Shown here piece by piece: positions 58,592 through 64,000 of a stretch of 64,000 bases of DNA. A program made the position numbers and the translations under genes. The number at the start of each line of letters is the position of its first letter. Positions within the stretch are counted from its first letter, which is position 1. The notes beneath the pieces were generated by a model, which was not told where the DNA came from, searched no databases, and was given only the letters and a program-made list of their open reading frames with translations. Where the stretch lies: assembly GCA_964513645.1 (NCBI GenBank), contig CAZENF010000002.1, positions 206,072 through 270,071 of the forward strand. Direction: 5' to 3'. Source of the stretch: an uncultured Candidatus Saccharibacteria bacterium (lineage in GTDB: Bacteria > Patescibacteriota > Minisyncoccia > 2-02-FULL-40-12 > GWA2-44-9).

Positions 58592-59875
58592 ATGGATAAA
58601 GATTCATTAAAACACCATTTTCACACTTTTGATTCAGGGCTGCGTTTAGTCGTGGTGCCGATGCCGGCAACCAAAACCGCGACGGCTTTTGTCTTGGTCG
58701 GAACCGGTTCCAAATATGAGACTAAAGAGATAAACGGCATCTCCCACTTCCTCGAACACATGATGTTCAAGGGTACGGCTAAACGGCCGGACAAGCTTCA
58801 AATCGCCAGAGAGCTCGAGGGAATAGGAGCAAATTTCAATGCCTTCACCGGCAAGGAATATACTGGCTACTATGCCAAGGCCAGTGCTTCAAAGCTCGAT
58901 AAAATAACCGATGTTGTTTTTGATATTTTTTTGAACTCCCGTTTGGCGGCCGAAGATATCGACGTCGAAAGAGGGGTAATAATCGAAGAGATAAATATGT
59001 ACCGCGACCTGCCGCAACGTTATGTTGGAGAACTTTTTGAAAGACTGTTGTATGGCGACCAGCCGGCTGGCTGGGACATTGCCGGAGAAAAAGAAATTAT
59101 AACTTCGCTTAAACAGAAGCAGTTCGTTGATTATTTCAATACTCATTATATTTCATCCAATACTATTGTTGCGGTGGCCGGGAATATCGATGCTGAACAG
59201 GTCAAAAAAACAACCGAGGAATATTTTAAAAATATCCGCCAAGCGAAGAAAATATCAAAACTTGCGGTAAAAGAAGAACAATCATCACCGCAAGCCCTGA
59301 TACATTACAAAAAAACCGACCAGACTCATTTTGTTTTGGGTTTCCGGGGTTACGATATGTTTCATAAACAAAAATATGCCGCGAGTGTATTGGCTTTGGT
59401 TCTTGGCGGCGGAATGAGTTCGCGTTTGTTCCAGGAGGTCAGGGACAAAAGAGGCCTGGCTTATTACGTCGGTGCCGATTCGGAGAATAATACCGACACT
59501 GGTGTTTTTGCCGCTTCGGCCGGGGTTAATAATGACAAAACAATGGAAGCGATCAAAGTAATAATGGAAGAGTTTTATAAAATTAAAGAAAAAGGCATCA
59601 CTTCGGAGGAGCTTCAGCACGCCAAAGACCAAATCGAAGGCAGTATGGCCATATCTCTTGAGAACTCGATGACCATTGCCCAGTCATATGCCTGGCCGAT
59701 TTTGTTCGAAAACAAGGTTTTGACCCCGGAGGAAGAACTCGGTAAAATAAAGAGTGTAACCCTCGATGATGTTTCGGCGGTGGCCAAAGACACTTTCGAC
59801 AATAAAAAGCTCAATCTCAGTCTGATAGGGCCTTTCAAAGAAGACGAACCGTTCAAGCAAATTCTTAAGTTATAA
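58592..59875 (+). CDS. M16 (pitrilysin) family zinc peptidase
   Basis: GISHFLEHMMFKG (HxxEH), NAFT, GGGMSSRLFQEVRDKRGLAY. Confidence 0.93.
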   Translation: MDKDSLKHHFHTFDSGLRLVVVPMPATKTATAFVLVGTGSKYETKEINGISHFLEHMMFKGTAKRPDKLQIARELEGIGANFNAFTGKEYTGYYAKASASKLDKITDVVFDIFLNSRLAAEDIDVERGVIIEEINMYRDLPQRYVGELFERLLYGDQPAGWDIAGEKEIITSLKQKQFVDYFNTHYISSNTIVAVAGNIDAEQVKKTTEEYFKNIRQAKKISKLAVKEEQSSPQALIHYKKTDQTHFVLGFRGYDMFHKQKYAASVLALVLGGGMSSRLFQEVRDKRGLAYYVGADSENNTDTGVFAASAGVNNDKTMEAIKVIMEEFYKIKEKGITSEELQHAKDQIEGSMAISLENSMTIAQSYAWPILFENKVLTPEEELGKIKSVTLDDVSAVAKDTFDNKKLNLSLIGPFKEDEPFKQILKL

Positions 59876-60949
59876 ATGGAGTATAAAGAACATGTTCACG
59901 TCCAGGTAACCACTTCGACCTTGCTCAAAGGTATTTTGCTCGTGCTCTTTTTCGTATTTCTCTATGTCCTGAAAGACGTCATTATAATCTTTCTTTTTGC
60001 GATAATCATCGCTTCGGCCATCAGTCCTTTCGCGGACTGGCTTGAAGGCAAGGGATTCCCGCGCCTCTTAGGTGTTTTAATATTATACTTAACTGTCTTT
60101 GGTCTGATAGTTTATGTACTAACCCTCGTCATTCCTTATATCTCAAACGATATCGCCCAGCTGTCGGCCTCGTTGCCTAAAGTTGTCCAACGACTTTCAA
60201 ATTCACTCGACACGGTCCAGCAGGGTACATCAAAGTATTTTGATTTTGTCAGCGAGATCCAGAATATTCTTGATAGCTTCTCGGTCTATCTTCAACAGTC
60301 GTCCCAGTCGGTCTTTGATATTATCGTTAATGTTTTCGGCGGAATCATGTCATTCATCGCGGTCATAATCATATCTTTTTACCTGTCCGTGATGAAAAGA
60401 GGAGTTGAAAGTTTTATTGAATCCGTCGTGCCTGAACATTACGAGGCCTATGTGATGGACATCTGGAGACGTTCAGAGTCAAAAGTCGGCCGGTGGCTAC
60501 AGGGTCAGATGCTGCTTGCGATGATAGTCGGTCTAACTACATATATCGGCTTGTCTCTCATCGGAATAAAGTTTGCCTTGCTTCTCGGTTTACTGGCGAT
60601 AGCGCTTGAGATTGTGCCGATTGTCGGGCCGGTATTATTTGCTATCCCTGGAGTTATCCTGGCCTTCATTCAGAGTCCGCAGCTTGGTCTTTGGGTCATC
60701 CTTTTTTACTTAGCGGTTCAACAGACCGAGAGTCATGTTCTGGTACCGATCGTGCTTGGTAAAACAACTGGCCTCAACCCGGTCGTAGTTATTATGGCTT
60801 TACTTATCGGTCAGCAATTATCTGGTATCACCGGCATGCTTTTGTCGGTACCGGTGGCAACGGTGATAGTTGAGATGCTCGAAGATATCGCAAAACATAA
60901 AGAAGAAGCTAAGCACGTCTTGGACACGGCGGAGGCCTCTGTAACGTAG
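59876..60949 (+). CDS. AI-2E/PerM-family transporter
   Basis: Multi-TM; WLQGQ, VPIVGP, QQTESHVLVP..G...GLNP. Confidence 0.9.
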   Translation: MEYKEHVHVQVTTSTLLKGILLVLFFVFLYVLKDVIIIFLFAIIIASAISPFADWLEGKGFPRLLGVLILYLTVFGLIVYVLTLVIPYISNDIAQLSASLPKVVQRLSNSLDTVQQGTSKYFDFVSEIQNILDSFSVYLQQSSQSVFDIIVNVFGGIMSFIAVIIISFYLSVMKRGVESFIESVVPEHYEAYVMDIWRRSESKVGRWLQGQMLLAMIVGLTTYIGLSLIGIKFALLLGLLAIALEIVPIVGPVLFAIPGVILAFIQSPQLGLWVILFYLAVQQTESHVLVPIVLGKTTGLNPVVVIMALLIGQQLSGITGMLLSVPVATVIVEMLEDIAKHKEEAKHVLDTAEASVT

Positions 60950-60950
60950 A

Positions 60951-61655
60951 ATGTTATATATCGTAGCAACCCCAATCGGAAATTTAGAAGATATTACCTT
61001 GCGGGCCATCAGCGTTTTGAGAAGCGCTGATTTTATTTTGGCTGAAGATACCAGAGTGACCAAGATTCTGCTTGATAAATATAACATTGAAGTTAAAACA
61101 ATAAGTTATCATCAGCACAGCGGTTTCCAAAAAATCGAACAGATAATCGATCTTTTGAAAGGGGGCAAGGTTTTAGCTTTAGTCACTGATGCCGGAACTC
61201 CTGGCATTAATGATCCTGGAAATTATCTTGTCGCCAAAGTACTCGAAGCTCTACCGGAGGTTAGAATCGTTCCTATTCCTGGGGCGAACGCAGCAGTTTC
61301 GGCTTTAAGTATCAGCGGATTTCCGACGGACAAATTTGTTTACCTCGGTTTTCCACCTCACAAAAAAGGCCGGCAGACATTTTTTCAGAGACTGGGCGCT
61401 ACCCAGGACACGGTTGTTTTTTATGAGTCTAAGTATAGAATAGCCAAAGCCGTCAAGGAATTAAAAGATATGGCGAAAATAGGGGAACGTCCGGTGATGG
61501 TCTCCCGGGAGCTGACCAAACAGTTCGAGACCATCTATCGAGGCACGGCTGACCAAATAATGATAAAATTAAATAGCCACAAGGATGACCTTTTGGGCGA
61601 GTTTGTAGTAGTTGTCGGTCCGATAGAAAAAGATAAGAACTCAAATGAAGAATAA
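60951..61655 (+). CDS. rsmI: 16S rRNA C1402 2'-O-methyltransferase
   Basis: LYIVATPIGNLEDIT, AEDTR, DAGTPGINDPG, RELTKQFE. Confidence 0.95.
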   Translation: MLYIVATPIGNLEDITLRAISVLRSADFILAEDTRVTKILLDKYNIEVKTISYHQHSGFQKIEQIIDLLKGGKVLALVTDAGTPGINDPGNYLVAKVLEALPEVRIVPIPGANAAVSALSISGFPTDKFVYLGFPPHKKGRQTFFQRLGATQDTVVFYESKYRIAKAVKELKDMAKIGERPVMVSRELTKQFETIYRGTADQIMIKLNSHKDDLLGEFVVVVGPIEKDKNSNEE

Positions 61656-63168
61656 ATTTTATATCACAACCGCAATTGCTTACACCAATGCTCCGCCACA
61701 CCTCGGCCATGCTTTAGAGTTCATCCAGGCGGATGTTCTGGCCCGTTACCATCGTTTACGGGAAGATGAAACTTTTTTTCTGACTGGAACGGATGAGCAT
61801 GGAACCAAGATCGCGCGTTCAGCGGCAAAACATCAAAAAAATGAGAAGGAGTTTGTCGATGAGATATCGGCCAAGTTCGTTGAGCTTGATAAATTACTCA
61901 ATATTTCAAATGATGATTTTATCCGGACAAGCGACCGGTTACGGCACTGGCCCGCTGCCGAGAAACTATGGCGGAAGCTAGCCGAGAGCGGAGATGTTTA
62001 TAAAAAAGCTTACGAAGGGCTTTACTGTGTCGGACACGAAGCTTTTATAAAAAAATCCGAACTTATTGGAGGAATGTGCCCGATTCATAAGACGGAGCCC
62101 GAAAAAATAAAAGAAGAAAACTGGTTCTTTAAGCTCACTAAATACAAAAAAGATATAAAGGACAAAATAGAATCAGGCCAACTGGCTATTGTGCCCGAAG
62201 CGAGGAAGAATGAAATTCTAAATTTGCTTGATGATGCCGAAGATGTCAGTTTTTCAAGACCATCCGCCCAGCTTAAGTGGGGGATACCGGTGCCCGGGGA
62301 TGATTCGCAGACGATGTATGTCTGGACGGATGCACTGACAAATTATATTTCGGCTCTTGGTTATACTTCAGACGACGAAAAATTTAAAAAATTCTGGCCG
62401 GCTGATGTCCACCTGGTCGGTAAAGATATTGTCCGCTTCCATGCAATTTATTGGCCGGCGATGTTGATGTCGGCCGGACTTGAATTGCCAAAAGCAATAT
62501 ATGTCCACGGATTTATAACCGTTGACGGCGAGAAGATGTCGAAATCGATAGGCAATGTTGTTGATCCTGTCGAATTGGTCAAAACATACGGCCCAGAAGT
62601 AACCCGCTATTTCCTCCTCCGTGAGATACCTTCCGGTGAAGACGGAGATTTTTCTTATAAAAAACTTGAAGAAAGGTATAACGGCGATCTGGCCAACGGC
62701 TTGGGCAATCTGGTTCAAAGAGTCGTGACCTTGGTTGATTCAAAGCTTGCCGGAGAATTAATTTATAAAGACAACAATCTGGACAAAGTTGTTGTAGGTA
62801 GAACTGCGGAAATTTTCAAGGAATATATTAAAAATCTTGATAGTTTTGCCCTTCACGAATCCTTGGTTAAGGTCTGGGAACTTATCGGCTACGCGGATAA
62901 ATATATGGACGAAAAAGCGCCTTGGTCAGTGGTTAAACATAATGCTGTTGTGAGCGAGCCTCGCCAAGGGCGGGAAGCCGAATTCATCAATATTATGACC
63001 AATCTCTTCTACACCATATATAATGTAAGCTGGATGCTCGTTCCGTTTATGCCCGAAACAGCTGGTAAGATATTCAATATGATGGGTGCTGACAGAAGGG
63101 CAAGCTCTCTTGATAATTATAAATTCAGAGTACAAAAAAGCGGGGGTTTATTCCCGCGTCTGGGTTAG
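61645..63168 (+). CDS. metG: Methionyl-tRNA synthetase (short form without C-terminal tRNA-binding domain)
   Basis: FYITTAIAY, HLGH, GTDEHG, KMSKS. Confidence 0.96.
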   Translation: MKNKFYITTAIAYTNAPPHLGHALEFIQADVLARYHRLREDETFFLTGTDEHGTKIARSAAKHQKNEKEFVDEISAKFVELDKLLNISNDDFIRTSDRLRHWPAAEKLWRKLAESGDVYKKAYEGLYCVGHEAFIKKSELIGGMCPIHKTEPEKIKEENWFFKLTKYKKDIKDKIESGQLAIVPEARKNEILNLLDDAEDVSFSRPSAQLKWGIPVPGDDSQTMYVWTDALTNYISALGYTSDDEKFKKFWPADVHLVGKDIVRFHAIYWPAMLMSAGLELPKAIYVHGFITVDGEKMSKSIGNVVDPVELVKTYGPEVTRYFLLREIPSGEDGDFSYKKLEERYNGDLANGLGNLVQRVVTLVDSKLAGELIYKDNNLDKVVVGRTAEIFKEYIKNLDSFALHESLVKVWELIGYADKYMDEKAPWSVVKHNAVVSEPRQGREAEFINIMTNLFYTIYNVSWMLVPFMPETAGKIFNMMGADRRASSLDNYKFRVQKSGGLFPRLG

Positions 63169-63525
63169 TTTAGGAAGAGATTTTTGGTGGTAATGCTCAA
63201 GTAATTTCCAGGTGATAATACCTCCAATAAACCACAACCATGCCTTAGGATAAATACCGGTCATCATCATGGCCATAAGATATCCGAACGGTATCATAAT
63301 TCTTCCGCATTCAACAACTTCTTCGCGGTAGCTACTGTCTTTGAAAAGGAAAATGGGCCAGCCAAGCGATATTTTCAGGACATTAAGCGTAAAGACATGG
63401 ATAAGTTTAACAACCCTAATCAGACCAAATTCAGTGAGAGCATAACTCAAGGAATACATAGCTCCACATAAAGTAAACAAGAACCCAAGGCCATAAATAC
63501 CGAGCAGAATATAAAGATAGAACAC
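63148..63525 (-). CDS. Hypothetical membrane protein
   Basis: Three to four hydrophobic segments; GTG start. Confidence 0.55.
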   Translation of the reverse strand: MFYLYILLGIYGLGFLFTLCGAMYSLSYALTEFGLIRVVKLIHVFTLNVLKISLGWPIFLFKDSSYREEVVECGRIMIPFGYLMAMMMTGIYPKAWLWFIGGIITWKLLEHYHQKSLPKLTQTRE

Positions 63526-63594
63526 TTTTAAGTCATTTTTTAAAATTAACTGTTTTCAAAGATATCACAACTTTTGATAAAATAAAACCGCAGG

Positions 63595-63888
63595 TTATTC
63601 CTGCGGTTCGGACGTATCTTTCTTGCCGGCGATGTATGCCGTTTTGCCGAGTAAGTAGGGCCACTGTAAGGCTCTAAGGGCGCAATGGACCAGGTACGTA
63701 AGAAATGTGGCCAGAGAATGAAGTACTACGTACACACAAACTTCAAGGCTGTCTTTAGAACCAAATTCATTTTCAGAATCGTCTACGTGTTTGGGTAGGT
63801 ATCTTACAAAAAAACCAAGATTAATTAATAGAATAATTACGAATGCTATTCCGGAGATGATAAGATATCCGTAGAGGATATGATACAT
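63595..63888 (-). CDS. Hypothetical membrane protein
   Basis: Two hydrophobic segments; GAGGT SD before ATG 63888. Confidence 0.55.
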   Translation of the reverse strand: MYHILYGYLIISGIAFVIILLINLGFFVRYLPKHVDDSENEFGSKDSLEVCVYVVLHSLATFLTYLVHCALRALQWPYLLGKTAYIAGKKDTSEPQE

Positions 63889-64000
63889 GTTATACCTCAA
63901 AGAACTATTAGAGGATTTATATCACTAAAATATGAAATTATCAATTTTCGATTCTCATTGCCATCCCCAAGCGCACCAATACGAAAAAGACCGCGAAGAG

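Overview
AT-rich, gene-dense bacterial window. TGA is used as a stop (code 11). The gene content (complete type IV pilus/competence locus, DUF3048, short MetG, mostly SD-less core genes, tRNA-Arg(GCG)) suggests a Patescibacteria/CPR genome, probably Parcubacteria; this is inference, not a database result. Core genes: tsaE, polA, mutM, holA, recG, ligA, gatC/gatA, M16 peptidase, AI-2E transporter, rsmI, metG and five tRNAs. Accessory blocks: (i) an intact PrkA/YeaG-YeaH-SpoVR/YcgB triad followed by Lon; (ii) a surface-glycan locus (AsnB, GT2, three methyltransferases, two GT-C-like proteins) between two tRNA-Ser genes; (iii) a T4P locus whose PilX carries a LamG insertion, followed by a 1015-aa His-rich secreted protein and a PilGHI/Xap-like ABC module; (iv) the strongest candidate for an undescribed system, an integrase-less cassette array on the 3' end of the initiator tRNA. 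It has an exact 61-bp direct repeat and a second 54-bp repeat that is an imperfect inverted copy of the first, so single genes sit between A...B ends. Its cargo includes an ASCH protein and a Rieske-less cytochrome b fusion. A similar att-like geometry and a structured, tRNA-antisense element occur at tRNA-Ser(GCT). One tRNA-Ser(TGA) carries G at the near-invariant U8 and U33 positions. No CRISPR array, rRNA, integrase or transposase was recognised.
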